Assembly: GCA_003235475.1 (NCBI GenBank)
Contig: QJWC01000116.1
Span: forward strand, 29-64,028
DNA: 64,000 nt
Reading direction: 5' to 3'
Source: Acidimicrobiia bacterium
GTDB taxonomy: Bacteria > Actinomycetota > Acidimicrobiia > Spongiisociales > UBA5794
The stretch's first letter is position 1. Each line of letters opens with the position of its first letter. This document shows positions 51,138 through 61,020 of the stretch, piece by piece. A program made the position numbers and the translations under genes. The notes under the pieces were generated by a model. The model was not told the origin of the DNA. It did not search any database and was given only the letters and a program-made list of their open reading frames with translations.

Positions 51138-52204
51138 CCGACACGATGGATCAAGCCGCACAGCCATCATCGGTCAGCGTGGGAGACCTTCCGGCCGACG
51201 TGATCATGAGGGTGAACCACCTCGTGAAGGAGTTCCCGATCCGGAAGGGTGTGTTCTTCAAGAAACAGGTCGGCGCTGTCAAGGCCGTGACCGACATCTC
51301 GTTCGAGGTGAAGTCGGGCGAGACTCTGGGCCTGGTCGGCGAATCGGGATGCGGGAAGTCGACGACTGCTCGCTCCGTGATGCGGCTCCTCGAGCCGACG
51401 TCCGGAGACGTGTGGTTCCGATCGAAGACCAGGAACAAGGTCGTCAACGTCGCAACCGCCGGCAAGGAAGAGTTGCGGGGAGTTCGCGAGGACATCCAGA
51501 TCGTGTTCCAGGACCCGTATGCCTCTTTGAACCCGAGGATGACGGTCGCGTCGATCATCGCCGAGCCCCTCGTCGTCCACGGGAAGGGCGACAAGCAGGA
51601 GCGTCTGGACAAGGTGAAGTCACTGCTGAAGGTCGTAGGCCTCCAGCCGGAGCACGCAAACCGGTATCCGCATGAGTTCTCGGGTGGTCAGCGGCAGCGC
51701 ATCGGGATTGCGAGGGCCTTGGCGCTGAATCCGTCATTCGTCGTCCTCGACGAGCCGGTCTCCGCGCTCGACGTGTCGATCCAGGCGCAGGTTCTCAACC
51801 TACTGGACGATCTCCAGAGCGAGTTCGGATTGACGTACCTGTTCATCGCCCACGACCTTTCGGTCGTGCGGCACATCTCGGACCGTGTGGCCGTGATGTA
51901 TCTCGGACGGATGGTCGAGATGGCGGATCGCGATGCGCTCTACGACCGTCCGATGCACCCGTACACGCACGCCCTTTTGTCCGCGGTTCCCATTCCTGAC
52001 CCCAAGGTCGAGGCGACCCGCGAGAGAATCCTGCTCGAGGGCGACATTCCGTCTCCGATCAACCCGCCGTCCGGGTGCCGCTTCCACACGAGGTGCCCGA
52101 TCGCGCAGATGGGCAAGTGCGATGTGGACGAGCCGCAGCTCCTGGAGCTCGAGCCAGGGCATTGGGTCGCGTGCCACTTCCCGGAGATCAAGCAGGTCAT
52201 CTGA
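51134..52204 (+). CDS. peptide ABC ATPase (OppF/DppF-like)
   Basis: [32 protein letters not shown]. Confidence 0.94.
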   Translation: MTDTMDQAAQPSSVSVGDLPADVIMRVNHLVKEFPIRKGVFFKKQVGAVKAVTDISFEVKSGETLGLVGESGCGKSTTARSVMRLLEPTSGDVWFRSKTRNKVVNVATAGKEELRGVREDIQIVFQDPYASLNPRMTVASIIAEPLVVHGKGDKQERLDKVKSLLKVVGLQPEHANRYPHEFSGGQRQRIGIARALALNPSFVVLDEPVSALDVSIQAQVLNLLDDLQSEFGLTYLFIAHDLSVVRHISDRVAVMYLGRMVEMADRDALYDRPMHPYTHALLSAVPIPDPKVEATRERILLEGDIPSPINPPSGCRFHTRCPIAQMGKCDVDEPQLLELEPGHWVACHFPEIKQVI

Positions 52205-52275
52205 ACCGCTCGGCATCGGCCGTGTCGCATGATCCTTGCGAGGGGGCGGTCGGTATACTCCCGGCTTCTCACCAC

Positions 52276-52360
52276 GTCGGAGTGGCGGAATTGGTAGACG
52301 CGCTAGGTTGAGGGCCTAGTGGGCGAATAGCCCGTGGAAGTTCGAGTCTTCTCTCCGACA
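52276..52360 (+). tRNA. tRNA-Leu(GAG)
   Basis: GTCGGAGTGGCGGAATTGGTAGACGCG-CTAGG-TTGAGGG-CCTAG...GTTCGAGTCTTCTCTCCGACA. Confidence 0.95.
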
Positions 52361-52398
52361 CCCAATACCGGGGACACCTGTCGCTAGGCTGGCCGACC

Positions 52399-53295
52399 AT
52401 GACGCTTGACGCCCTTCGGACGCCTCCCGATAGGTTCGCTGACCTTCCCGACTGGCCCTATGAGCCGCGCTACCTCGACGATCTCTCGGGTTACGAGGGG
52501 CTCCGGATGCACTACGTCGACGAAGGTCCGGCCGATGCCCCCGTGATGCTCTGCCTCCATGGCGAGCCGACGTGGTCGTACCTCTATCGACGGATGATTC
52601 CCGTCTTCCTCGACGCGGGATACAGGGTGGTCGCTCCTGACTTCTTCGGGTTCGGCCGTTCCGACAAGCCCGTCGAGGATGCGGTGTACACATTTGACTT
52701 CCACCGCGATTCGCTGCTGCGGTTCATCGAGCGGCTCGACCTGAGCGACGTGACGCTCGTCGTCCAGGACTGGGGCGGCATCCTCGGGCTGACAGTGCCC
52801 GTTGACCACCCAGCACGCATCTCGGGGCTCTTGATCATGAACACGGCATTCGGCGTGGGCGCCACTCCGACCGACGGATTCATCGCTTGGAGAGACTACG
52901 TCGCGCACACCGCGGACCTCGCCGTAGACCGGCTCATGGCTCGAAGTGTCGGCCATCTGACGGCGCAAGAGGCCGCCGCATACGAGGCACCCTTCCCGTC
53001 TGCGGAGTACAAGGCCGGAGTGAGGACATTCCCCGCATTGGTTCCCACCGACACGTCAATGGCTGGTGTGGAGGTGTCGCGTCGCGCAGTTCGTTGGTGG
53101 TCCGCCGAGTTCTCGGGACGCTCCTTCATGGCCATCGGGATGCAGGATCCCGTGCTCGGGCCGCCTGTGATGGAGAGGATGCACAGCGTCATCCGCGGTT
53201 GCCCCGAACCGTTGCGCATCGAAGAGGGAGGGCACTTCCTCCAGGAGTGGGGCGGCCAGGTTGCGCACGCAGCCCTGGATGCCTGGGCGACGTAG
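52399..53295 (+). CDS. haloalkane dehalogenase (alpha/beta hydrolase)
   Basis: HGEPTWSYLYR, GFGRSDKP, nucleophile QDWGG, GHFLQE. Confidence 0.9.
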   Translation: MTLDALRTPPDRFADLPDWPYEPRYLDDLSGYEGLRMHYVDEGPADAPVMLCLHGEPTWSYLYRRMIPVFLDAGYRVVAPDFFGFGRSDKPVEDAVYTFDFHRDSLLRFIERLDLSDVTLVVQDWGGILGLTVPVDHPARISGLLIMNTAFGVGATPTDGFIAWRDYVAHTADLAVDRLMARSVGHLTAQEAAAYEAPFPSAEYKAGVRTFPALVPTDTSMAGVEVSRRAVRWWSAEFSGRSFMAIGMQDPVLGPPVMERMHSVIRGCPEPLRIEEGGHFLQEWGGQVAHAALDAWAT

Positions 53296-53315
53296 CGACC
53301 CCGCAAGACCAGGAA

Positions 53316-53350
53316 TGGGATCGGGGGCAGTGTGTGTGCCCCCGAACCCA
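53316..53350. terminator. hairpin between convergent genes
   Basis: TCGGGGGCA...TGCCCCCGA. Confidence 0.6.
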
Positions 53351-53367
53351 CGCCGCATGTTCCTCTT

Positions 53368-54072
53368 TCAAGCCGGTCCCGGGCTGCCCTTCGCCTGGCA
53401 GGTGTCGAACCAACGGTCGAGTCCGGCGTACGCCTCGTCGAAGTCGATGCTCGGAAGCTCGAGGCCCTCGGCGACGATCTCGACGGTCGCCGTGAACGCG
53501 GCGTCGCGCGATGTCGAGCTGCCCCGACAGACATACCCGTCGCCGCGGCTGTTCCAAGAGTTACGGGAGAGTGTTCCGACACCCGTCCACGTGGCGGTGA
53601 CCGTGACGGTGACAGGCACGAATTCAGCTCCAGGGCCCTCGCCTTCGTCGTGCTGGATGGACGCCTCGCCCGCTGTGACGATCTCTTCCAAGGGTGGTTC
53701 CGCTCCCTCGCCTTCGCCTTCGACCGAGACGTAGCACTCCCCGGCAAGCGTCGTCGCGACCGTGAGGCCGGTCAGTTGCCGATCCAGAGTCACGTCTGTC
53801 TCGTCGCTGGCGTAGCAGGACAGGTATCCGGTCTCGGAGTATGAGTCGAGGTAGAACGACACGCCGCTCCATGCGTCCGAGTATTCCTGGTCCGTGAATT
53901 CCCAGCTCCCGGCCTCGAGGGCCGCGAACAGGAACCCAGATTCTGTCTCCTGTTCGAGGTACGCGTGTGCGGACTCCGATTCCGATGAATATGCAGCCGG
54001 TGGCGCGGCTGCCGCTACTGCGGGCAACATGGACAGCGCGAACACCGAGGCGATAACGATCAGTTTCCTCAT
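53368..54072 (-). CDS. secreted acidic hypothetical protein
   Basis: signal peptide MRKLIVIASVFALSMLPAVAAA; GGAGAG RBS; four Cys. Confidence 0.75.
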   Translation of the reverse strand: MRKLIVIASVFALSMLPAVAAAAPPAAYSSESESAHAYLEQETESGFLFAALEAGSWEFTDQEYSDAWSGVSFYLDSYSETGYLSCYASDETDVTLDRQLTGLTVATTLAGECYVSVEGEGEGAEPPLEEIVTAGEASIQHDEGEGPGAEFVPVTVTVTATWTGVGTLSRNSWNSRGDGYVCRGSSTSRDAAFTATVEIVAEGLELPSIDFDEAYAGLDRWFDTCQAKGSPGPA

Positions 54073-54371
54073 GGTTTCTCTCCCATCTCCCGCCGCGAGG
54101 GCGGGTAGGTGCATCCGCTCCATCCCCGGGGAGGACTTACCATCCAGACGCCGCAGACCAGGATGCACGCTGACACCGGTGCGAGGTGTTGTCGCGGCCC
54201 TGCCGATGAGTCAGCACAGTGTCCCGACGGCACGCACCTTGCTGTTGCGTGGGTCGGATCCCTGTCATACGATTTGGGCTCTCCGCACCTTCCGTTGCAG
54301 GGCGTGATTGGTGACAGGCCACGCCCTCCCAATCGTTGACCCTTCTCGCATCTCCCAGAGAGAGGTACCCG

Positions 54372-55421
54372 ATGAGCCGTGCATCCCACTCCACGGAACG
54401 ACCGTTGGTTCCCATCCAACGAAAGCGGCGCGCAGGACCTCTCGCGATTGTCGTCGCGCTCATACTGCAGGGCTGCGGTTCGGGCGCGGCACCAGTCCCC
54501 TCATCGACGTCCAACCCCGCCTCCGGAGCGACGTCGTCGACGGAAGTTCCTCTGTCGGAACAGACATGGATTGTCTATCAGGCGGAGTTCTCCGGCGCCG
54601 TGGACCTGGGTCTCGTCCATCCCGATGGGACCGGCGATCACCGCATTCCGGGCGGGCCAGGGAACCGCTGGCATCCCAATTGGTCACCTGACGGAACGTA
54701 CGTCGCCTATGACTGGACCCTCCAGAGCGGAGTGTCCCAGATCGCGCTCGTCGATCTCGATGGATCGGAGGACGTGACGCTGCTGACCTGCACCGGGACG
54801 TGTCTGGGAAACGGTGGCCCTGCGTGGTCTCCCGACGGAGCACTCATTGGATTTGACGGTGCCGAGTCCGCGACTGCCGAACACGGCGGTGACCTGTGTT
54901 ACCTGGCACTCCTGAGGGTCGGGACAACCGATGTCACGCGATTCCTCGAACACCCGGGATGCACCATCCAGGACTCGTATCTACAGTTCTCGCCAAATGG
55001 CCAGCGCGTTGTCTTTCAGCGTTCCGGGCCGGAGGGACAGGCCGTGTTCACGGCGTCGATTGACGGGAGCGACGAGTTACAGCTGACGGACTGGAGTTTG
55101 TGGGCGCGACCCGACTGGTCGCCCGATGGTGAGTGGATCGTCTTCCAGGACCGCGAGGCGGAATTGCACCCCGGAGAGATCGTGAGCATCTTCCGGGTGC
55201 GCTCCGACGGCAGTGGGCTCGAGCAGCTCACGGCACCGGAGCAGGGTCTCATCGACCTCTATCCACGTTTCCTTCGAGATGGGAGCGCGATCGTCTTCAG
55301 CCGATGCCGTCGAGCGGGGGGCTGCCAGGTCAGGCTCATCGACCCGGACGGCAGGAACGACCGCGAACTCTTTGCCACCGAATCTGAAACCGTGCATGTC
55401 GATTGGCAGCCGACGCCGTAG
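54372..55421 (+). CDS. TolB-like (PD40 repeat) beta-propeller lipoprotein
   Basis: LQGC lipobox, repeated WSPDG/FSPNG motifs. Confidence 0.8.
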   Translation: MSRASHSTERPLVPIQRKRRAGPLAIVVALILQGCGSGAAPVPSSTSNPASGATSSTEVPLSEQTWIVYQAEFSGAVDLGLVHPDGTGDHRIPGGPGNRWHPNWSPDGTYVAYDWTLQSGVSQIALVDLDGSEDVTLLTCTGTCLGNGGPAWSPDGALIGFDGAESATAEHGGDLCYLALLRVGTTDVTRFLEHPGCTIQDSYLQFSPNGQRVVFQRSGPEGQAVFTASIDGSDELQLTDWSLWARPDWSPDGEWIVFQDREAELHPGEIVSIFRVRSDGSGLEQLTAPEQGLIDLYPRFLRDGSAIVFSRCRRAGGCQVRLIDPDGRNDRELFATESETVHVDWQPTP

Positions 55422-55507
55422 TCGGTTCTGCTCTGTTCGATTCACCCCACGGTTGTGTCTTACGATCGCCCATGTCGCCGCCTTAAGGGGTGAGGAGTTT
55501 GTGAACG

Positions 55508-55975
55508 ATGGTTGCCAAGACCGACGTCACAGTTGAATTCGAGAGCTTCGTCGCCGAGGTGGGCCCACGTCTTCGTGACTGCCTCACGGCGAGGTTCGGT
55601 CGTGAGGCAGGATCGGAGGCTGCATCGGATGCCCTGTCGTATGCATGGGAGCATTGGGATCGGGTCTCGCGAATGGACAACCCTGCGGGGTACCTGTTCG
55701 CTGTTGCGAGGGGAAGGGTCCGTCGAGAGCGTGGCCGACGATTCGTGCGACTCGAGCAGGTCGACGAGCGGCGTACCCCGTGGGTGGAACCCGGCCTTCC
55801 GGCGGCACTGGAACGTCTCTCACCAAAGCAGAGGACGGTCGTCATGCTGGTGCACAGTTTCGGGTGGACGATGGGTGAGGTCGCTGAGGTTCTCGGGGTT
55901 GCGAAAGGGACGATCCAGTCCCACGAGCGGAGGGCGATGTCTCGTCTTCGGAAGGAACTGGGGGTCGAACAATGA
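55508..55975 (+). CDS. ECF RNA polymerase sigma factor
   Basis: NPAGYLFAVA region 2; LSPKQRTVVML...EVAEVLGVAKGTIQSH region 4. Confidence 0.88.
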   Translation: MVAKTDVTVEFESFVAEVGPRLRDCLTARFGREAGSEAASDALSYAWEHWDRVSRMDNPAGYLFAVARGRVRRERGRRFVRLEQVDERRTPWVEPGLPAALERLSPKQRTVVMLVHSFGWTMGEVAEVLGVAKGTIQSHERRAMSRLRKELGVEQ

Positions 55976-57033
55976 CGAGAGACATTCCGAGCCAGCTCGC
56001 CGCGTATGGCGCACAGCTCAACGATGGTGCTCCGCCCGTGACCGTCGAGTACCGACAGCTCGAACCGGAGACACTCGTGGATGCAGAAGAGACCCTCGCG
56101 CGACAGGGGTGGCCCGGCATGCGGGTCGCGGCGGCGTTCGCGATCGTGTTGCTGATCGGGCTGACGCAGGTGATATTCCGCACGGGCGACGCTGACGATG
56201 TGAGTTCTGCTGGTATCGGGCAGGAGCCCGATCTCGGCGTGTTTGAACCGCTTCGGGGATGGATCGTCTACCCGGTCTCCGGGTGGCATCTGGAGGCAGT
56301 GGATCCGGACGATCCGACGAGTCGGTACGTCTTGGATGTCCCGAAGGAGGCGTCGCGCGGGGTTCCGATCGGCTGGTCGGCCGACGGATCGCGTCTTGCA
56401 CTCGAGGATGAGGATGGGGGGCACGAATTCGTGATCGACCGGAACGGCGAGATCAGCGCCCGCGTGACGACCGGTGGATGCTGCATGTTCGTCCACTCGA
56501 ACGCGATGGCGCCCGACGGCGGCTTGAGCCCGGGATTGGTCTGGTCGCCGGACGGGTCGGCGTACGCAGTGGTCCGTGAGGCGGGCGAGGGCGTTTCGAT
56601 CCTTGTCGTCGAGGCCGCCACTGGCACGGCGGGGAGGCCCGACGGTCAAGAGTTCGCTGGATTCGCTCTCATACGCCACGTGGCCTGGTCCCCGAACGGT
56701 AGGCACCTCGTCGTGACCGGCAGCGAGACCAGCCCGATTTCCGCTGCGGGAGAGCCCCTCGCGGACTACAACCCAGCCGCATTGCCACTACCGGCCAACC
56801 TCTACGTCTTGGATGTTGACGGCGAGGGGCGACGAACCGAGGTCGCGTCCGGTTACTTCATGGCTGCCGCCTGGTCGCCCGACGGGAAACGTATCGCGGC
56901 GCTGGAATGGCCTGACCGGAAGCATGCCAGACGAATCGTCGTGATGGACAGCGACGGCGCGGACCTTCGGGTCCTTCCGGGCGTTACCCCGAGGGGAGAC
57001 TTCACGGGAATCACGTGGCACCCCGTGCCCTAG
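55972..57033 (+). CDS. single-TM protein with extracellular TolB-like repeats, probable anti-sigma factor
   Basis: 4-bp overlap with the sigma gene; short N-terminus, one TM, WSPDG repeats. Confidence 0.7.
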   Translation: MTRDIPSQLAAYGAQLNDGAPPVTVEYRQLEPETLVDAEETLARQGWPGMRVAAAFAIVLLIGLTQVIFRTGDADDVSSAGIGQEPDLGVFEPLRGWIVYPVSGWHLEAVDPDDPTSRYVLDVPKEASRGVPIGWSADGSRLALEDEDGGHEFVIDRNGEISARVTTGGCCMFVHSNAMAPDGGLSPGLVWSPDGSAYAVVREAGEGVSILVVEAATGTAGRPDGQEFAGFALIRHVAWSPNGRHLVVTGSETSPISAAGEPLADYNPAALPLPANLYVLDVDGEGRRTEVASGYFMAAAWSPDGKRIAALEWPDRKHARRIVVMDSDGADLRVLPGVTPRGDFTGITWHPVP

Positions 57034-57064
57034 CACCCGCGTGATCGCGTGAGGCCGGAGTCGC

Positions 57065-57421
57065 TCAGTCCGCTTCGCGGTGCTCTTCGCCCCGCGGAAC
57101 GCGTCGGTCGCGTCGCTTGGCCGCGCGCTTCCTCGTCCGAAGGTTGAAGTACGTTGCGATGAGGCCGACGCCCGTGAGCAGATAGACCACCGTGAAAAGC
57201 TTTGTGAACGTGGTGGTCGGCGTGAGATCGCCGAAACCCACAGTCGTCACCGCGACCACGCTGAAGTACAGGGAGTCGACAACCGACCAGTCCTCGACCG
57301 TCGAGTAGACGATCGTTGCAACCAGGATCATCAACAACGCGGCGATCGTGATCAGCTTGTATGCATGGTGGTCGAACGCCTCAACTGACTGGCGCCTCGT
57401 CGGTTCGTGTGATTTGCTCAT
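57065..57421 (-). CDS. two-TM potassium channel
   Basis: DSLYFSVVAVTTVGFGDLTP selectivity filter; alternative start at 57433. Confidence 0.9.
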   Translation of the reverse strand: MSKSHEPTRRQSVEAFDHHAYKLITIAALLMILVATIVYSTVEDWSVVDSLYFSVVAVTTVGFGDLTPTTTFTKLFTVVYLLTGVGLIATYFNLRTRKRAAKRRDRRVPRGEEHREAD

Positions 57422-57432
57422 GGAGTGCGACA

Positions 57433-59916
57433 TTACGCGACCTCGGCGGCGATCGCGGCGAGGCCGCGTCGTATGTCCGGTACGTCGGAGAGGAGCCCAT
57501 CGTGCGGATCAGATGCGAGCGACGCGAGGCGCTTGGGCATCGTGAGGATCGTGTACTTCCCGGGGTCGAGTCTCTTCGTCACTTCCGACCAGCGCAACGG
57601 AGCTGACACGGTCGCCCCCGGCACCGGACGGACGCTGTAAGGGCCGACGATGAGCTTTCCCCTTCCGTTCTGGAGGAAGTCGATATAGACCTTCCCGTCG
57701 CGCCCGGCGGGGTTGCGCACGGTGGTGGCGATGTCCCTGGTCTTGGTCTCCACGACTCGCGCGATCAGCTCGCCGAGCATCTTCTGCTGGGCATACCCAA
57801 CCGAGCGCCCGAGGGGGATCAGCACGTGGAGCCCGGTCTTGCCGCTCGTCTTCGGGTATGACGGGATGTCCATCCGGTCGCACACCTTCTTGATCTCCTT
57901 CGCCACATCCACGACGTCTGTGAAGGGGGCACCCTTCGGGTCGAGGTCGAGGATGCACCAGTCCGGCGCGTCGAGGCTGTCGAGGCGGCTCGCCCACACA
58001 TGGATCGGAATCGATGCGAGGTTCGCGAGGTAACGCAGGCCCTCGACGTCGTCGATCAGGAAGTATGTGTTGCCCTTGCCGTCTTCGTCGCCGATCCACT
58101 CCGTGCGTATCCAGTCGGGTACGAACTCGGGTGCGTTCTTCTGGAAGAAGGATTTGCCGTCGATCCCGTCCGGGTAGCGGTCGAGCACGAGTGGCCGACC
58201 CGCGAGGTAGGGGAGGAGGTTGTCGGCCACCGCCGTGTAATAGCCGATCAGGTCGCCCTTCGTGTAGCCCTCTTCCGGCCAGAACACCTTGTCGACGTTG
58301 GTCGGCTCTGATGTCCGCGCATCGATGACGGCGGGCGGCGGCGGGTCGGAGGACGACGGTGCTTCGAGCACATCATCGAGGTCCAGGTCGCCCCACGACT
58401 CGAGCACCGGCTGGCGGAGGAGGCCGTCATCCGTGATCTCCTTGAACCGCACGACCGCGCTCAGGGATGGCTCGACCCATGTGTGTTCCGATCCTGTCGG
58501 AGGCTCCCCAGCGACGCGGGGTGCGCTGACCGTTGCATTGGACAGAACCCCACCGAGTGTGGTCAGGTCGGAATCGGAGATACCCGAGCCGACCCTCCCG
58601 GTGTACGTGAGGGTGCCGTCCGACATTCTTGCGAGGTGAAGCGCACCGACGCCATGCCGCGATCCCTTGGGCGCCGTGTAGCCGACGATGGCGAATGACG
58701 CGGTGTGCTCCGCCTTCACCTTCTGCCAGGCCGATGACCGTCCAGCGAGGTACTTCGACGACGCGTCCTTGGCCACGATGCCTTCGAGACCCATGGCCTG
58801 CACCTGGGCGAACATCGCCTCGCCCATGGTCTCGATGTGGTCTGCATATCGGAGGGGGCCGAGCTTCGGGACGATGCGTGAGAGCAGCTCTTTGCGAGAT
58901 CGGAGGGCAAGCGGCCTGACATCACGGCCCTCGAGCGAGATGAGATCGAATACGAACATCGTTGCGGGCAACGTGGCCGCGGCCCGGGCGATGTCGTGCC
59001 GGTTGCCAAGACGTCCCCGTCGCTGGAGGAGGCCGAACTGGGGCTTTCCGTCGTCATCGAGGACAGCGATCTCCCCGTCGATGACGAGGTCGTCATATGG
59101 GAGGCGCCGGATTGCCGAGACGATCTCAGGGAAGATGGCGGTGGCATCGAGCCCGCTCCGGTACTGCAGGGCGACGTTGCGGCCGTGCTTCCGTGCGACG
59201 AGGCGATACCCGTCGTATTTGATCTCAAACAGCCACCCTGCCCTAGTGAACGGAGCGTCGGCGGTCTCGGCGAGCATCACCTCGATCTTGTCGGGCAGAT
59301 CCTTGATCCTCGGGGCTTCGAGATCGTCAAGGGCGGCAATCACCCGAGCGGCGTCCTCGGCACCGTGTGCGAGGTCCTCGACCGTTCGGCCGGTCAGGAT
59401 CGAGGCTTCCGACGGCGGGTCCTCGCCATCGGGGCGCACCCATCCGTCGCGGTGCTTGATGAGCAGCCAGTCCGAGTTCTTCATGTGGACGAGGGTCCAT
59501 TGGCCGTTGAGCTTGTAGCCCGAGAGGGTGAAGAGCAGTTTTCCCTTGGCGATGCCCTCGTCGGGATCCTCGTCCCAGGTGAGCGCACCCCTGTCCCACA
59601 CGATCATCTCGCCGCCGCCGTACTCGTCCTTCGGTATGACGCCTTCGAAGTCGGCGTAGTCGAGAGGATGGTCCTCCGTGTGGGCAGCGAAGCGCTTGAC
59701 GGCGGGGTCGAACGAGACGCCCTGGGGCACCGCCCATGACATGAGCACGCCGTCGTGCTCGAGGCGAAGGTCGTAGTGGAGGCGGGTCGCCGCGTGCTTC
59801 TGGACGACGAAGATGCCCTGTCCGTACGTGGAAGCCTCGCCGAACGGCTCTGGCGTCCTGGAGCGATCGCGCTTGCGGCGATAGTCGGTGAGGCGATCGG
59901 TGGGCGGATCGGGCAT
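57433..59916 (-). CDS. ligD: NHEJ DNA ligase D (phosphoesterase-ligase-polymerase order)
   Basis: QKHAATRLHYDLRLE, EIKYDGYR, EGIVAK, RYPDGI, DLDP, KTSGKTGLH. Confidence 0.96.
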   Translation of the reverse strand: MPDPPTDRLTDYRRKRDRSRTPEPFGEASTYGQGIFVVQKHAATRLHYDLRLEHDGVLMSWAVPQGVSFDPAVKRFAAHTEDHPLDYADFEGVIPKDEYGGGEMIVWDRGALTWDEDPDEGIAKGKLLFTLSGYKLNGQWTLVHMKNSDWLLIKHRDGWVRPDGEDPPSEASILTGRTVEDLAHGAEDAARVIAALDDLEAPRIKDLPDKIEVMLAETADAPFTRAGWLFEIKYDGYRLVARKHGRNVALQYRSGLDATAIFPEIVSAIRRLPYDDLVIDGEIAVLDDDGKPQFGLLQRRGRLGNRHDIARAAATLPATMFVFDLISLEGRDVRPLALRSRKELLSRIVPKLGPLRYADHIETMGEAMFAQVQAMGLEGIVAKDASSKYLAGRSSAWQKVKAEHTASFAIVGYTAPKGSRHGVGALHLARMSDGTLTYTGRVGSGISDSDLTTLGGVLSNATVSAPRVAGEPPTGSEHTWVEPSLSAVVRFKEITDDGLLRQPVLESWGDLDLDDVLEAPSSSDPPPPAVIDARTSEPTNVDKVFWPEEGYTKGDLIGYYTAVADNLLPYLAGRPLVLDRYPDGIDGKSFFQKNAPEFVPDWIRTEWIGDEDGKGNTYFLIDDVEGLRYLANLASIPIHVWASRLDSLDAPDWCILDLDPKGAPFTDVVDVAKEIKKVCDRMDIPSYPKTSGKTGLHVLIPLGRSVGYAQQKMLGELIARVVETKTRDIATTVRNPAGRDGKVYIDFLQNGRGKLIVGPYSVRPVPGATVSAPLRWSEVTKRLDPGKYTILTMPKRLASLASDPHDGLLSDVPDIRRGLAAIAAEVA

Positions 59917-59991
59917 GCGGGCGATGCTAGGTGCCTACCCTTTCGGCTTTTCGCGATCTGTGGTACAAATGATCCCTTCAGGAGGCACTTC

Positions 59992-60792
59992 ATGGCGCGA
60001 CCAATAGCGACTGGGACCATCAGCTTCGGACTGGTTTCGATACCCATTCGAATGTTCAGCACGAGCGAGTCCGAGGCGAGGATCGCCCTCAACTCGATCC
60101 ACGAGTCGTGCGGAACCCGGATCAAGCAGCAGTTCTACTGCCCCACGGACGAGCGGGTTGTTACGAGGGACGAGCTCATCAAGGGCTACCAGTTCGCAAA
60201 GGACCAGTACGTCACCTTCAAAGCGGATGAGCTGAAAGCGATGGAGCTCGCACCCACGCACTCCATCGACATCAAGGAGTTCGTGCCCCTCGAGCAGGTG
60301 GACCCGATCTATTACGAGAAGGCGTACTACCTCGGCCCCGACACCAACGGTGCCAAGCCGTACTCGCTGCTCTCGGAGGCGATGCGCCAGACCGGCAGGG
60401 CGGCGCTCGCACGCTATGCGGCACGTGGCAAGGACTACCTCGTGCTTCTGCGGCCGTTCGAGGACGGGATCATCATGCAGCAGCTCCGGTACCCGGACGA
60501 GATCCGGGCGTTCGATGGCGTCGAGCTGGGGGACGTCCAGATCGACGAGAAGGAGCTCGACCTCGCGAAGCAGCTCGTCGACCAGATCGCCAGCGATGAA
60601 TTCCATCCGGACGAATATGAGGACGGCGTCAAGGTGCAGATGCTCGCAGCCATCGAGCAGAAGATCGCCGGCCAGGAGATGACCTTCGCGCCCAAAGAGG
60701 AACCCAAGGCTCAGGTCATCGACATCATGGAAGCGCTCAAGGCGAGCCTCGAGGAGGGCGCGAGCGACGAGAAGGCGCGCAAGCAGGCGTAG
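59992..60792 (+). CDS. ku: Ku protein
   Basis: GTISFGLVSIPI, IKGYQF, DPIYYEKAYYL, VIDIMEALKASL; GGAGG RBS. Confidence 0.96.
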   Translation: MARPIATGTISFGLVSIPIRMFSTSESEARIALNSIHESCGTRIKQQFYCPTDERVVTRDELIKGYQFAKDQYVTFKADELKAMELAPTHSIDIKEFVPLEQVDPIYYEKAYYLGPDTNGAKPYSLLSEAMRQTGRAALARYAARGKDYLVLLRPFEDGIIMQQLRYPDEIRAFDGVELGDVQIDEKELDLAKQLVDQIASDEFHPDEYEDGVKVQMLAAIEQKIAGQEMTFAPKEEPKAQVIDIMEALKASLEEGASDEKARKQA

Positions 60793-60821
60793 CGTCCTGC
60801 GCTGCAGGCGAGGGAGTGGAA

Positions 60822-61007
60822 ATGGCAACGACCAAGCAGTGGCCGACGTGGATGATCGTGGTGGCATTCCTCATCTTGATCCCACCGATCGTGTGGGCGC
60901 TCAACCTCGTGATAGGACTTGCCACTGCAATGACCATCGGCGGCATGCTGCTCGTCGTGGCGATCGTGTGGTTGTTCGTCTGGCTGAGAGGGCGCGTCGA
61001 AGCCTGA
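60822..61007 (+). CDS. small two-TM membrane protein
   Basis: GGAG RBS; two hydrophobic helices. Confidence 0.55.
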   Translation: MATTKQWPTWMIVVAFLILIPPIVWALNLVIGLATAMTIGGMLLVVAIVWLFVWLRGRVEA

Positions 61008-61020
61008 GGCAGCGTGACCG

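Noticed and set aside
52276-57060. Integrated genomic island at tRNA-Leu(GAG)
   Set aside because: No integrase and no duplicate of the tRNA 3' end found by eye
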